This document shows positions 44,972 through 55,532 of a DNA stretch of 64,000 bases, piece after piece. The number at the start of each line of letters is the position of its first letter. Within the stretch, counting starts at the first letter, position 1. Source of the stretch: a virus. The notes beneath the pieces are model-generated. The model ran no database searches, was not told where the DNA came from, and saw nothing but the letters and a program-made list of their open reading frames with translations. Where the stretch lies: positions 11,407 through 75,406 of IMG/VR virus record IMGVR_UViG_3300035703_000059. The stretch is one strand, 5' to 3'. The position numbers and the translations under genes were made by a program.

Positions 44972-45202
44972 CTATCGAGTGAACTTTCGGCGCTTCGTGG
45001 CCGATTTTTCGGCCTTCGCCGCCTTCTTTTTCGGCTTCAGCGGCTTGCGGTCGAACTCCTTGCGGAGAGCCGCAACCGCTTCTCCTGCACCGCACTTGCA
45101 CACGGCCCCAAGGCCCAATTCCAAGGGACAAGTGTGCGTGTGGTTTACGAACTCGATGACATCTCTGATCAACTTCTTCTGCCTTGGTGTGAACCGCTGC
45201 AT
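44972..45202 (-). CDS. Small basic protein
   Basis: AGGAG RBS; H..C..C.C. Confidence 0.55.
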   Translation of the reverse strand: MQRFTPRQKKLIRDVIEFVNHTHTCPLELGLGAVCKCGAGEAVAALRKEFDRKPLKPKKKAAKAEKSATKRRKFTR

Positions 45203-45214
45203 CCCGTACTCCTA

Positions 45215-46117
45215 TCAGCCCAACTTCGGCTTCGGCTTGTCCGTGAACATCGACAGGACGTCGGCTTTCGCGCGCATCAGCACCGCGCGGTCCAGCGAAT
45301 CCCGCAACACCCAGCGGACGTGTAAATCGTTGTCGGTCTGCTCTCTCGCGAGTTCGATGGCCTCCGCGACCAGCCCCGACTCATTCGCCGGGTCGTTGAA
45401 CATCGCGACGGCCAGCGCCTCGACGAGTTCTTCCTGCCACTCCAGCTTCGGGGCGCGCGGTATGACGTACCCCGCGCTCCGCAGAATCTCCGCCACGTTC
45501 ATCGGCGCCCGGTCCGGCGTGACGCCGTGCCTGTCTTTCGTGACCCACGACGGGTCATCGATGGTGCAGCGGTAGCACCCGTGCCAGCCTCGCCGCGTCT
45601 GATCGAACGCGGCACGCAGCACCACGTCGCAGGCCGTCGGCACGTCCTCTGGCAACCGCCCCGGCAGGCGCGGACCGCCGCGAACGAACACCCCGTTGAC
45701 GGTCCGGGGCGTCGATTCGTGCGCCGTGAGGACAACGTGCATCCCCGCGTGCCTCGCGGTGTCGCGGAACTCCAGCACCGCGTCTCGCAGCGCGCCCCAC
45801 AGCTTGAACCCCGAAAACTTCTTCTCAAGCTGTGCAACCGTCGACTCTGCGAGGAGCGAGAAGTCATCGACGATGATGGCCGAGTACCGCTTGTCCTTGC
45901 CGCGCTCACGCACGATCTTGGTCGCGTCGAGTATCGATGCGGCTTCCGTGTGGTCGGGGACGTGGCCGACGACCAGATGGGCCGGCTTGATTGCTCCCGG
46001 TGGGGCGACGAACAGCCCCGTGGGGAACGAGAAGAGGAGGTCCGTGGTCTTTCCGATGCCCGATGGCCCGTAGATCGCGACCACCGCGTTCGCGCCAGAG
46101 AAAGGAGCCGCGCTCAT
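45215..46117 (-). CDS. AAA_24 / Sak4-like ATPase recombinase
   Basis: IYGPSGIGKTT, IIVDDFS, LTAHE, TKDR. Confidence 0.85.
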   Translation of the reverse strand: MSAAPFSGANAVVAIYGPSGIGKTTDLLFSFPTGLFVAPPGAIKPAHLVVGHVPDHTEAASILDATKIVRERGKDKRYSAIIVDDFSLLAESTVAQLEKKFSGFKLWGALRDAVLEFRDTARHAGMHVVLTAHESTPRTVNGVFVRGGPRLPGRLPEDVPTACDVVLRAAFDQTRRGWHGCYRCTIDDPSWVTKDRHGVTPDRAPMNVAEILRSAGYVIPRAPKLEWQEELVEALAVAMFNDPANESGLVAEAIELAREQTDNDLHVRWVLRDSLDRAVLMRAKADVLSMFTDKPKPKLG

Positions 46118-46458
46118 CGTTCACCCGCGCCAATCTTGCTCCGCAGCCTCTCCAACTCAGACTCCAACTCTTCGACGTCGTTCTCAAGGTCCGCCCGCTC
46201 GCTTTGCAGACGCTCGACCTCGTCCTCCAGCTTGATCACGTCCTCGTTCAGAGCGGCGACTTCCTGCCGAAGTTTCGCCACCTCTCCCGGCTTCACCGCC
46301 TCGCCGTCGAGGGCCGACGTGATTTCCTCGGCAATCACTCGCGCGATCTCCCCCGACCGCGCCGGATAGAACACCACCGCCACCGTTCGTCCTGTCGGGT
46401 CTACCACCGTGTTTCCGCGCGCCATCCACGGCGTTGCAGGCATGAGCGACTTGTGCAT
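46114..46458 (-). CDS. Coiled-coil protein
   Basis: GGAG-TAATCG-ATG; heptad repeats. Confidence 0.65.
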   Translation of the reverse strand: MHKSLMPATPWMARGNTVVDPTGRTVAVVFYPARSGEIARVIAEEITSALDGEAVKPGEVAKLRQEVAALNEDVIKLEDEVERLQSERADLENDVEELESELERLRSKIGAGER

Positions 46459-46461
46459 CGA

Positions 46462-47319
46462 TTACTCCCTTGTGATGACGTGCGAAACGTAGACGCCGCC
46501 GGGGACGAGCGTGAAAACGTGCATGGTCTTGCCGTCCAGCTTGAGCAGGGGCGCGATGTTGCCGCCGTCGGGCAGGAACACACCGGCGCTTCGCTCCAGC
46601 GACACCGTCGGCTTGTAGGCCGCAGGCGGGGCAGGCACCGCGCCAGCCTTCTCGGCCGCCGTCGGCTGAATGCCCGTGATTTCGTAGATTTCGCGAATCT
46701 GCTCCTCGCGCGACGCTGACGGCGTCGGCAGGGGAGCGGCCTTCGGAGCGACCTTCGGCTCGACCTTCTTCTTTGGCTTCTCCGCAGGTGCGGGCGAGGG
46801 CTTCGATGCCGGCTTCGGCGCGGGCGCCGTCGCCGCCACGACCTTCTTAGGAGTCCGCTGCTTCCCGTCGTACCCTTCCATCTTCTTGCGAATCGACAGC
46901 ATCGTGTCTGCCGCCGGGACGTAGTCACCGGCCATGATGCGCTGGACGTAGGACTTGGAGAGTTTCAGCAGGTCGGCGAGGTCTTGCGTGATCATCCCGT
47001 GCCGCTTGCGGAACTCCCGCAACTCGCGGGCGATGACCGGCAGCACCAGTTCCTTCGATGGCGGCGTGACCTCGACCGCCTTCGGCATCACGAAGGCCTT
47101 TGCTGCCTGCGCGGCATCGAAGAGAATCTGCTCTCGGCTTTTTCGCTGAATCTGCGCGAGGTAGTCCGCGCGGACCTCATCCGAGAGCGTGCCGATGCTC
47201 TGCTCGATGCCGCTGATGTCGTTGATGGTTCTGCCGGTTGCGAGAGCGAGGTCTACCAGATCGACCTTCAGCATCTCGCGGCGCGCAAACGCCGCCTTAC
47301 CAATCTCTTCTCGGTTCAT
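46462..47319 (-). CDS. Double XRE-HTH regulator
   Basis: RREMLKVDLVDLA..ISGIEQ and FRKRHGMITQDLADLLKLSKSYVQRI. Confidence 0.75.
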   Translation of the reverse strand: MNREEIGKAAFARREMLKVDLVDLALATGRTINDISGIEQSIGTLSDEVRADYLAQIQRKSREQILFDAAQAAKAFVMPKAVEVTPPSKELVLPVIARELREFRKRHGMITQDLADLLKLSKSYVQRIMAGDYVPAADTMLSIRKKMEGYDGKQRTPKKVVAATAPAPKPASKPSPAPAEKPKKKVEPKVAPKAAPLPTPSASREEQIREIYEITGIQPTAAEKAGAVPAPPAAYKPTVSLERSAGVFLPDGGNIAPLLKLDGKTMHVFTLVPGGVYVSHVITRE

Positions 47320-47381
47320 CTCATGTCCTCACCCAGCTTCGCCGGGCTTCCTGTGCCGACCGCCTCGATCAGCGTGACGAC

Positions 47382-47412
47382 CTTATACCGTAGGCTTTTG
47401 ACGAATGTCAAA
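47382..47412 (-). promoter_or_regulatory. Promoter with overlapping operator palindrome
   Basis: TTGACA-N18-TATAAG; TTTGAC-GAAT-GTCAAA over the -35 box. Confidence 0.6.
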
Positions 47413-47420
47413 GGAAAAAA

Positions 47421-47762
47421 TCAGCCCCCCTTCACTTTTTTTCGACGCCCCCGAACCACAGCATCAGCGACTTTGCCACCATGACCTGCCCCTTTCCCAG
47501 CAGTTCCTCCACGCGCACCGCCAAGTCCTCGTCCACGAACGCCGCCTCGCACCCCGGCACTTCCATCCGCCGAAACCCCTGCGGCGCTGCGCTTTCGTTT
47601 ACGGGCAGGACGAATATTGCTTCCATCACTCAACTCCTTCACCGGCGCCACGACCGGCAACATCGACACACAGAACGGATACCCGCTGCACGCCCACACT
47701 TGACCGTGTTTCCCGACCCGAATCTTCATCGCGCTCGCACAGCGCGGACACGCCGGAGTCAT
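47421..47762 (-). CDS. Topoisomerase-type C4 Zn-ribbon protein (C-terminus overlaps alternative ORF 47432..47629)
   Basis: CPRCASAM..WACSGYPFC. Confidence 0.55.
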   Translation of the reverse strand: MTPACPRCASAMKIRVGKHGQVWACSGYPFCVSMLPVVAPVKELSDGSNIRPARKRKRSAAGVSADGSAGVRGGVRGRGLGGARGGTAGKGAGHGGKVADAVVRGRRKKVKGG

Positions 47763-48052
47763 TCGTCATCTCTCGGCGTCTCGACGAACCGCGCAAGCGT
47801 TCCTGCACCACTCACCGCAGAGTCATACGCGTCGGCAATCGCCACGCGCATCTTCTCGGCGCCCCGCGCGAACGCGCGGTCCTGCTCCTCGACGCGGCGC
47901 GCCAACAACTCGACCCGTTCCAGCGCGGAAGCAAGCTGTTCGCGCGCCAAATCACGCTGTTTCGTCGTCAACTGGTACAGCGCGTTCGACACGGTGTAGT
48001 CGTTCTTCCACCGCTCGGCCTCGGCCTTCAACTGTGCTTCTCGCAAGATCAT
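47759..48052 (-). CDS. Coiled-coil hypothetical protein
   Basis: Overlapping operon ORF; QRDLAR motif. Confidence 0.55.
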   Translation of the reverse strand: MILREAQLKAEAERWKNDYTVSNALYQLTTKQRDLAREQLASALERVELLARRVEEQDRAFARGAEKMRVAIADAYDSAVSGAGTLARFVETPRDDE

Positions 48053-48220
48053 GTGAGCTTCCCTCGCGTCACTTCGTACTCGCAGTACCGTGTGCCGCGT
48101 GGCTTGACCTCGCGACCTCGCTTCTTCTCCGCTCTTTCGCACGCCCGGCAAATCTCGCGGCCTCGCAGCAGCGTCACGCCGTCGCAGGCGGTCTGCGCCG
48201 GACAAATCCGAACCGTCGTC

Positions 48221-48574
48221 TCAAGGATGCCCCGATGTCCCATCGTGATTCTCCGCGCGAATCTGCTCTTCGTAATGCTCCAGCGCGTACCGAATCGACT
48301 CCATCGTCGCCACCGCACGCGGTCCCCAAGTCCACTTCCCCTCTATCGAATTCGGCCCCGCACCGGCGAAGAAATCGCGCGCCGGCCGCACCCACCGCCG
48401 GCCCATGTTCCGGTCCTTGTAGATGACGCACAACGTCAAGTCGTCCTCGCGAATCACCAGCCCGCAGATGACGTAAACCGTGTTCCGACCTCGGTGCAGG
48501 ACCGTGATGTCCAGCCCTTCGATGCTCTCCATCACCCGCGACACGTCGAAGACGCGGTCCGGCACCCGGCTCAT
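48221..48574 (-). CDS. DUF1653-like protein
   Basis: H....Y.I......D....VIY......WVRP..DF. Confidence 0.65.
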   Translation of the reverse strand: MSRVPDRVFDVSRVMESIEGLDITVLHRGRNTVYVICGLVIREDDLTLCVIYKDRNMGRRWVRPARDFFAGAGPNSIEGKWTWGPRAVATMESIRYALEHYEEQIRAENHDGTSGHP

Positions 48575-51352
48575 CGCGTCTCTCCCGCCGCCAGCTTCAG
48601 CACGACCCACAGCTTCTTCGCAAGGTCGGGATTCCGTTCCAGCGCCTCCGTCATCTGCGCGATGGCCCAACGGTCCTCCGCCACGCGATCCTTCGGGTCC
48701 ACCGTCCCACCGCACAGGTCGCACTCCTCGCAGCCACCACATCCCTCCCGAACGTAAGTCGTCATCACTTGCCTCCCTTCACGACGGTCCGGCTGTCGAG
48801 CGCCGTCATATGACCCCACTCGTCCCGCAGCGCGAACATCAGTTCGTCGCGCGTGTAGCCCATATGCCGCGCCATGACGGCGACGGAGAGCAGAGTCGTC
48901 TTGATCGCCCCCGCATCCCGCACACCCGCCGGCACGGCCGCCATCGCCTCTTTCGTCGCCCCGATCACCGACTGACGCAACTCCGGCGTCATGATTTCCA
49001 TCTTAGTGGTCATTCTCGCCCCTTCTCGTCCGAGTCACTTCGAACATCTCTTGGTAGAAATCGATGCGTCCCTGCATCAGTTCGACCTTGGTTTCCAACA
49101 GCGCCAGCGCCAGCGACAATCGATGCACCTCGTCGCTCATCGTCCGGCGCCACGCCTCGACGTCTTGCTCCCCGATCATCCCGCGACCTCCCTCTTGTCC
49201 AGCAGGCACTCCGCGTGCGCGTCCTCAAATGCTCGCAGCATCGCCGACAAGTCCCGCACCGGCATCGGGAGCAGCAGGCGCAAATCAGCCCGACACTCCT
49301 CGCACACCAGCGGCATAACGACCGCGTCCCTTACCATTGTTTGCTCGCCGATTACCACCGCCATCTGCGCCCCCTATTGCGATTCCCACGCCTTCGTCTC
49401 GGACATCAACGCCTTCGCCTCGTCGCTCGACTTGCCGAAGTGCCGTTGGATGGTGTGCCGGCAGAGTCTTTCACTCTCGTCCTTCTGCCCGGCGACGCAC
49501 ATCGCACCGAGGAAGCCGCAGGCGACGAGGAGAACGGCCACCAGAGTCACGTCAACGCCGTCACGCATCGATGCCCTCCTTCTTAGGGTACAGCGCCGTG
49601 CGCGCGATGCGCGCCGCCGCGTGAACCTTGTCGCTCGCGCTGCTCGTCGACTCGTATTCCATGAGCGAGATTTGGGCGAGCGCGTTCCGCAGCCGCTTGA
49701 TCTCGCGTTCGCTGTCGGCCGTCTCCAGCGCCGTCGCAATCCGCTTCGCCGTGTCCATGATCCCGAACATCACGGCTCTCCCTTTTCGACGCGCAGTTCC
49801 AGCTTCAACAGTTCCGTCATGCGCCGCTCGGCCCGATTCAACGCCTTCAGCGCCGCGTCCTTCTTCGCGACCTCTGCGGCGAACGCGAGGTCGATGGCTT
49901 CCTTCTTCGTCAACCCGACGCGAAGTTCCGTGCGCTCGTCCTTTCGTATTCGGAAGCGGTAGTCGAAGGCCGCTTTTGCGGCGTAGCTGTCGTCAACAGC
50001 GATTCGGTCGCCTGTCGCGATGTACCCCTTCGGCCCCTTGACTGCCTCACCGCGATACAGCGTCGGGGTTTCCTTCTTCCACTCGCGCTCGATCTCCATG
50101 CCCCAATCGATGCCCCACAACTCCACGACCTTCTTTTCAGCGGCCATCACTCTTCTCCTCCCTCGTCTGGCACAGGAATCCCCGCCAAACACCGGGCCTC
50201 TGTTCGCCCCGAAATACGTCCCAATCGAAACGCCGTCTCCGCAGCTTGGTCGACATCGGCCCTGTGCGTCTTCATGGCAAGGTGGAACACGCCCCCCGTG
50301 ACAAGAAAACCAGACGCCACTCCGGCCAAAAATGCGTACAACATCAGTCACTCCCCCATCCGTCCGCGCCGTCCCATTCGGCCCACGGACTGTCGTTTGG
50401 GTCGAACACGTCGCCCCATTGAATCGGACACTCTGAACCGTCGAGTTCCCGCGTCCCGCGACACTTGGGGAACGCCATGCACCCCAAGAACTTGCCCCTC
50501 TCCCGCCGGTTCGTTCGGACCACCATCTCACCCGCGCATCGCGGACACGCGTGCTCGACCTTCGATGGCAGCTTGACGCCCCACGCGCCCATCACTTGTC
50601 CCCCTTGTCGAGTTCCGTGATGAGCGCGTCGGCGTAGCGCACCGCTTCCGACGCGTGCCACTCGATGTCGAGTCCGGTCAGATTCTCCTTCGAATTCGCC
50701 AGAATCCCCTGCATCGCCGCCGTCGCGATGCGCTCACGCCGCCCTGCTTCCGGCGCGGCCACGCGCAGCTTCTCGATCTCGGCCTTCAGCGTTTCGGCTT
50801 CCTGCCGGACCGCGTAGACCTCGTTGTCCCGCTCATGGACGCCCATAATCGCCGCGCTACCCGCCTCACACGCATCTGCGAGTCCCGGCATCTTCACGTC
50901 GTTTCTCAGCCACGACGCCGCCTGCTTCAGCTTCCCCGCCATATCCTCATGCCACGGTGTCATCACTTCTCCCCCGTCGTCTGTTCCAGAATCTCTGCCG
51001 CCTTCGCACACGCCGCGTCCGAGTCCGCAAACTCACCCGGCGCCGTCACCGTTCCGTCGGGCCAGTAGACGTTCAGCACCCACGTTTTCAGCGGCGTCGG
51101 CAACACCTCAAACCGCAACCGGCGCCCGTAGTGGTAGGCCATGAGTCGGAACGGGCGCCCGCGAGTGTCGTTCCGACTGTGCCAACGCAGAATCGGTTTC
51201 CCCTCCAGCTCCTCGTCAATCTCTTGGATCAACTCCTCATACATCGGAACGATGCTATCGATGGGCCGGCAGATCGAAAACGAGTCGTCGGTGTCGTCGA
51301 GGCACAGCTTCGCTCGACACAGCAGTTCCTCCAGCCTCTCTTCCCGCGTCAT
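48571..51352 (-). other. Run of ~11 small translationally coupled hypothetical ORFs (48571-48765, 48765-49013, 49003-49179, 49176-49364, 49374-49568, 49561-49773, 49770-50147, 50147-50344, 50344-50592 Zn ribbon, 50592-50963, 50963-51352)
   Basis: Each has a GGAG-type RBS and most overlap by TGATG/ATGA; 50344-50592 has CPRC..FLGCMAFPKC. Confidence 0.65.
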
Positions 51353-52176
51353 CACTCCTCCACCGTCGCCGTAATCACGGCACTCTCGCCCCACCGACAA
51401 ATCTCATACGCCTCGCACGTCCCGTAGGCCGTGACGCACGTCTGCTCCGACAACGCCTTCGGCCAATCCCACGGGTCTGTGTCCGACAACGAGTCGATGA
51501 CCCGCCGCGCGTGCGCCACCGACAACGTGAACTTCTGCCGGGCCACCGGCGCGGGGTCCACGACCTGCCTCGACATCTCGCCGGACAGCGAGACGAGATT
51601 CAGCTTCACGCCGCCGAACTCGGAGCCGTAGACCGCCGCTCCGAAGTTCTGCATCCCAAGGAACTGCCCCGACAACGTGTACCGCAGCGGAATCTTGGCA
51701 TCGATGCGCCCGACGGTCTTGTGGTCCCAAATGTAGACCTTGCCGTTCGGCTCCCGCACGACGAGGTCGAGCCTCTGCGTGAACGGCTGTCCCGCAATAT
51801 CCGCGCGGAACACCTCTTCGATGGCCATCGGCTCCACGCGCTCCGACGCGTAGTGCGCCGCGTACTTGCGGTAGAGCAGGTGGATTTCCTCGACGTATGC
51901 CTCGCCGCCAATCTTCTTCGCCGTCTCGACCACCGCGTCATACGGCAGCGCCCACTCGCCGGGGTCACGGCCCTCTTGCTGCGACTGCATCCGCGCGTAG
52001 TGCTGCGCGAGCGCCGCGTGCATCAGCGACCCTCGCAGCAGCGGCGCCGACTTGGTCTTTTGCAGCACGTTGAGCCGGAACTTGTAGGCGAACAACTGCG
52101 GACACCGCAGCGCCGTCTCGACCGCGTGCCAACCCCATTCCCCCGACGAGCCGGCATCGATGATTTTCCCGGTCAT
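51352..52176 (-). CDS. PD-(D/E)xK Cas4/RecB-like exonuclease
   Basis: RCP, RGSLMH, E..RLDL..WDHKT, Q, C-terminal C..C..Y..C. Confidence 0.85.
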   Translation of the reverse strand: MTGKIIDAGSSGEWGWHAVETALRCPQLFAYKFRLNVLQKTKSAPLLRGSLMHAALAQHYARMQSQQEGRDPGEWALPYDAVVETAKKIGGEAYVEEIHLLYRKYAAHYASERVEPMAIEEVFRADIAGQPFTQRLDLVVREPNGKVYIWDHKTVGRIDAKIPLRYTLSGQFLGMQNFGAAVYGSEFGGVKLNLVSLSGEMSRQVVDPAPVARQKFTLSVAHARRVIDSLSDTDPWDWPKALSEQTCVTAYGTCEAYEICRWGESAVITATVEE

Positions 52177-52364
52177 TTACCCTCCGTATTCTTCGGGACG
52201 TAGCGATCCATCTTCGTCTCGACCGAGAAGGGGCTGTTCGCCAGCCCCAGCGCGCGCTGAAGTTCGCGCACGCGCCCGACGAGACGGTGGACCGTCTCGA
52301 CTCCCGCGCCGTTGTACCGGGTGGCGTTGATGGCAATCTCGTTGAGTTCCTGCTCTGAAATCAT
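52173..52364 (-). CDS. Hypothetical protein
   Basis: GGAGG RBS; coupled. Confidence 0.55.
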   Translation of the reverse strand: MISEQELNEIAINATRYNGAGVETVHRLVGRVRELQRALGLANSPFSVETKMDRYVPKNTEGK

Positions 52365-52873
52365 GATTTGTCCTCCGGCGTCGGTAGGGCGCGCAGTTCT
52401 TCGGCTATGTCATCGGCACCCCACCCAAAGGACGCCTCGTTGCACACCCTCAGAGACGCCTCGCGCATCGCTTCCGCGCCGCGCTGGTAGGCTGCTGCTT
52501 CAGCGCGCTTTCGCTGGCCGGCTCTCTCAGCAAAGCCATCCCATATCGCATCGGCCTCCAGCATAAGCCGCGCGCGGTTTTCGGCGGCAGCAGCTCCCGC
52601 CATTTCAAGCCAGTCCCGCTTCAGCCGCTCGACCTCGGCTCGCGCCTCGTCGCGCTGCTTCTCCATCGCCCACAACTCTTCCAGCGTGACTCCCAGCTTC
52701 TTGATTGCCTCGTCGCGCTGCTGCTTGAGAACAGCCCCGCCCCACGGTTCCCCGTCAATCGCGGCGCGGAGTGTCTCGACCTCGGCCCGCGCTTCGTCGC
52801 GCTCGCGGAGCGCCGCGTCCAGCTTCGCGGTCAGCTCTCGCTGGTACTCGTAAATGGGTCCGCTTCCGCTCAT
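52361..52873 (-). CDS. Coiled-coil protein, paralog 1
   Basis: RDEARAEV x2; AAYQRGAEAMREA. Confidence 0.65.
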   Translation of the reverse strand: MSGSGPIYEYQRELTAKLDAALRERDEARAEVETLRAAIDGEPWGGAVLKQQRDEAIKKLGVTLEELWAMEKQRDEARAEVERLKRDWLEMAGAAAAENRARLMLEADAIWDGFAERAGQRKRAEAAAYQRGAEAMREASLRVCNEASFGWGADDIAEELRALPTPEDKS

Positions 52874-53304
52874 GGCTTCACCTCCGGCAGCGGCAGGGCG
52901 CGGATTTTCTGACCCGCCCCAGCTAACGACAGGGTGATGCCGTTCGCTGAGATGCGCGGGCTATTCGCCTCAATGTAGGCGGCAGCCGCCTCGCGCATGG
53001 CTTCCGCGCCGCGTTGGTAGGCCGCCGCGACCTCGGCCCGCGCTTCGAGGCGCTGCTGTTGAGCTTTAATCATGCGGCGCTGCGCGTCCCCCTGCGCCCA
53101 CGCCGCCCTGTCCGCGATATCTTGGAGTGTTTCGCATCGGGCGCACTCACCCACCGGCTCCGCGAGCGCGGCGTCGATGCGACGAGCGAGGTTGCACGCC
53201 CAGCATGGACAAGTCAGAAGATGGTGGACGACTTCTTCGCCCTCATCGAAAAGGCCATCTCGCGCTTCCGCGAGCAGCGCCCTCAGTTTCGTTTCATTGG
53301 TCAT
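52870..53304 (-). CDS. Coiled-coil protein, paralog 2
   Basis: KLRALLA, DAALAEP, ARCETL..AWAQGDAQRRMI, AAYQRGAEAMREA. Confidence 0.65.
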   Translation of the reverse strand: MTNETKLRALLAEARDGLFDEGEEVVHHLLTCPCWACNLARRIDAALAEPVGECARCETLQDIADRAAWAQGDAQRRMIKAQQQRLEARAEVAAAYQRGAEAMREAAAAYIEANSPRISANGITLSLAGAGQKIRALPLPEVKP

Positions 53305-53937
53305 CTACTTATCCCCCAGAGCGGACAGTCCCGCCGCATACGCGCCTTGGCGCTCAAGCGTGTAAACGTCATCGCAGTCAAGCCCCTCATGCGAACATCC
53401 GGGTAGGCACGCCGCCCGCAGCGCTCCGGCAAGTACCTCAGTTCGTTCACGCAGCAACGCCAGTTCGGCCCGCGCTTCGTCGCGCTGCTTCTGCGCCTCA
53501 ATCATGCGCCGCTGCGCGTCCCCCTGCGCCCACGCCGTCTTGTCTGCGAGGTCACGCAGAGTTTCGCATCGGGCAAGGGCATCATCGCGCTCCTGCTTCA
53601 GCGCATCGATGACGCGGGCCGAGTCGCACGCATCGCATTGGTGCTTGCCGGGGCGAACCTCGGTCAGCGTGTGACCGCAATCGGCGCAAACGGGCGCCGC
53701 CGGCTCCGCGAGCGCGGCGTCGATGTGCTCAACGCAGTACCAGCGGCCATCGGAATCCCGTTTCCGCGTGTTCATTCGGTTGCAGAAAGAGAACTCACAC
53801 TCCACCGGCTCTACCAGCTCCGCGAGCGCGGCATTGATGCAGTCGGCGACCGACGGAATCTCCCGGTCGTATTCCTCGCTGATCACGCCACGCGCCCGCG
53901 CGAGCAGCGCCCGTAGCTTCTCGACTTCACTCGGCAT
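53305..53937 (-). CDS. Coiled-coil/Zn-finger protein, paralog 3
   Basis: KLRALLA, AALAE x2, ARCETL..AWAQGDAQRRMI. Confidence 0.65.
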   Translation of the reverse strand: MPSEVEKLRALLARARGVISEEYDREIPSVADCINAALAELVEPVECEFSFCNRMNTRKRDSDGRWYCVEHIDAALAEPAAPVCADCGHTLTEVRPGKHQCDACDSARVIDALKQERDDALARCETLRDLADKTAWAQGDAQRRMIEAQKQRDEARAELALLRERTEVLAGALRAACLPGCSHEGLDCDDVYTLERQGAYAAGLSALGDK

Positions 53938-54124
53938 TTCGTCCCCCGTTCGTGTCGCACTCGCAATAAAGAAACCCGTTCGGATTACATTCCGCCACCG
54001 GGAAGGGCGCACACTTGGACACGCATTGACGGCAATCCGGCTCGCACACAGCGAGCACCCAGCAGAAAAGCCCTACGATTGCAAGCACGATGACCACCGC
54101 TTGCACTTCATCACGCTGCATCAC
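53927..54124 (-). CDS. Small TM plus Cys-rich protein
   Basis: TM followed by 7 Cys. Confidence 0.5.
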   Translation of the reverse strand: MMQRDEVQAVVIVLAIVGLFCWVLAVCEPDCRQCVSKCAPFPVAECNPNGFLYCECDTNGGRNAE

Positions 54125-54410
54125 AGCACCTCATCCCGCAGCGCCGCGTCCACCTTGCACGCGAGACAGCGTTCGCAATCGATGTCGTGTTCGTCCCACA
54201 GGTGAGCGCACGCGCAATCGCACCCGTTGCGCGAAAGCACGGCCTCGACCCGCTTGATCGCGTTCAGACTCTCCTCACTCATCCTTCTTCTCCCCGTCCA
54301 AAACGAACTCCCACACGAAAATCCCCGTCGTCATCGACATCAACAGCGCCGACGCAATCCTCTCCGCCTCTCCCGTCGCCGTCGGCAACAACAGGAGCGA
54401 CATCAGCCAG

Positions 54411-55532
54411 CTAACCGCCAGCAAGAAGCGCGTGTTCGACACCGCTTTCCTCCGCCGCAGACGTGATGCGCCGTGACGCAATCTCGAAAAACGCGGACTC
54501 GCGCTCGATACCCACGAATCGATACCCGGCCCGCAGCGCCGCCACACCCGTCGACCCCGAACCCGTGAACGGGTCCAGCACCACGCCGTTCGGCGGCGTC
54601 ACCAAACGGACCAGCCACGCCATCAGTTCGCTGTTCTTCACGGTCGGATGGTTGTTCCCCTCGCCCCGGTCCTTCGCGCTCGCCTTGGAAAAGATGTGGA
54701 ACGCCATCGGGTTGCCGCCCTGCTCGACGATTTCCCACACCACGCACTCGCGCGTGCAGCCGTCCGCCACACACTCGTCGTCGTGTTCGAAGATGACGTT
54801 CTTCGGCCAGCGGCCCGTCGTCTCCGTCGCGGGCGCGTCCACCGGCATCCCGACGAGCGCCATGTTGAGCGAGTTCCCGCCCTTCTTGTTCCCCGCGCGG
54901 CCGTTCACCCGGCGCTCCGTTCCGATTTTCGACCCATCGATGTAGAGGCCACCGACGCCCCACTCGACGATGTTCTCGACCAGCGTGCCGATGAGCGGCT
55001 TTCGCGCCAACACGATTGGCTCATGCGCGGGTCCGAGAGCCGACCCCCAGCCCTTCCACCGCTTCGCGAGGTCGCCCTTCGGCTCGTATGCCTCGACGAC
55101 CGTCGGAGCAGACTGCAACGTGCGGCCGTCGGTGAGGTCGTTCCCGGCGACGCTGAACCGCTTTCCCCGGTGGCCTTGCAGACCCGCCGCCTTGTCGAGC
55201 ATCAGCGCGATGTTCTGCGACTTCGGGAACCCGCCGGGCCGAATCCAATGCAGCGAGTCGCGAATCTCAAAGCCGGCGTCCTCGATGGCGCACGCCATCC
55301 GGTGGTAGGTCCGGGGGGCGCCGAACGACACCAGATGCCCGCCCGGCTTGAGCGCCCGCAGCACGTCGCGCCAGAGGTCAACGCTGAACGCGATGCCCGC
55401 GTCGTCCCACGCGCGATTCATGAACGCAATCTCGTAGGGTGGGTCGGTGACGACCGCATCGATGCTGTCGTCGGGAATCTCGGCAAGCTGCTCCCGGCAG
55501 TCGCCGTTCAGCAGGAAAAAACGGTCCATCAC
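54411..55532 (-). CDS. DNA N6-adenine/N4-cytosine methyltransferase (beta class)
   Basis: VTDPPY precedes HPTVK and LDPFTGSGST. Confidence 0.92.
   Translation of the reverse strand: MMDRFFLLNGDCREQLAEIPDDSIDAVVTDPPYEIAFMNRAWDDAGIAFSVDLWRDVLRALKPGGHLVSFGAPRTYHRMACAIEDAGFEIRDSLHWIRPGGFPKSQNIALMLDKAAGLQGHRGKRFSVAGNDLTDGRTLQSAPTVVEAYEPKGDLAKRWKGWGSALGPAHEPIVLARKPLIGTLVENIVEWGVGGLYIDGSKIGTERRVNGRAGNKKGGNSLNMALVGMPVDAPATETTGRWPKNVIFEHDDECVADGCTRECVVWEIVEQGGNPMAFHIFSKASAKDRGEGNNHPTVKNSELMAWLVRLVTPPNGVVLDPFTGSGSTGVAALRAGYRFVGIERESAFFEIASRRITSAAEESGVEHALLAGG

Noticed and set aside
51352-52176. Cas4-like nuclease as a CRISPR-Cas component
   Set aside because: No repeat-spacer array or other cas genes; the context is phage recombination
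52361-53937. Repeats as DGR template/variable regions
   Set aside because: No reverse transcriptase, and the differences are not adenine-specific
54411-55532. MTase as part of a restriction-modification system, or as a proven ATCGAT methylase
   Set aside because: No cognate endonuclease; specificity cannot be read from the sequence
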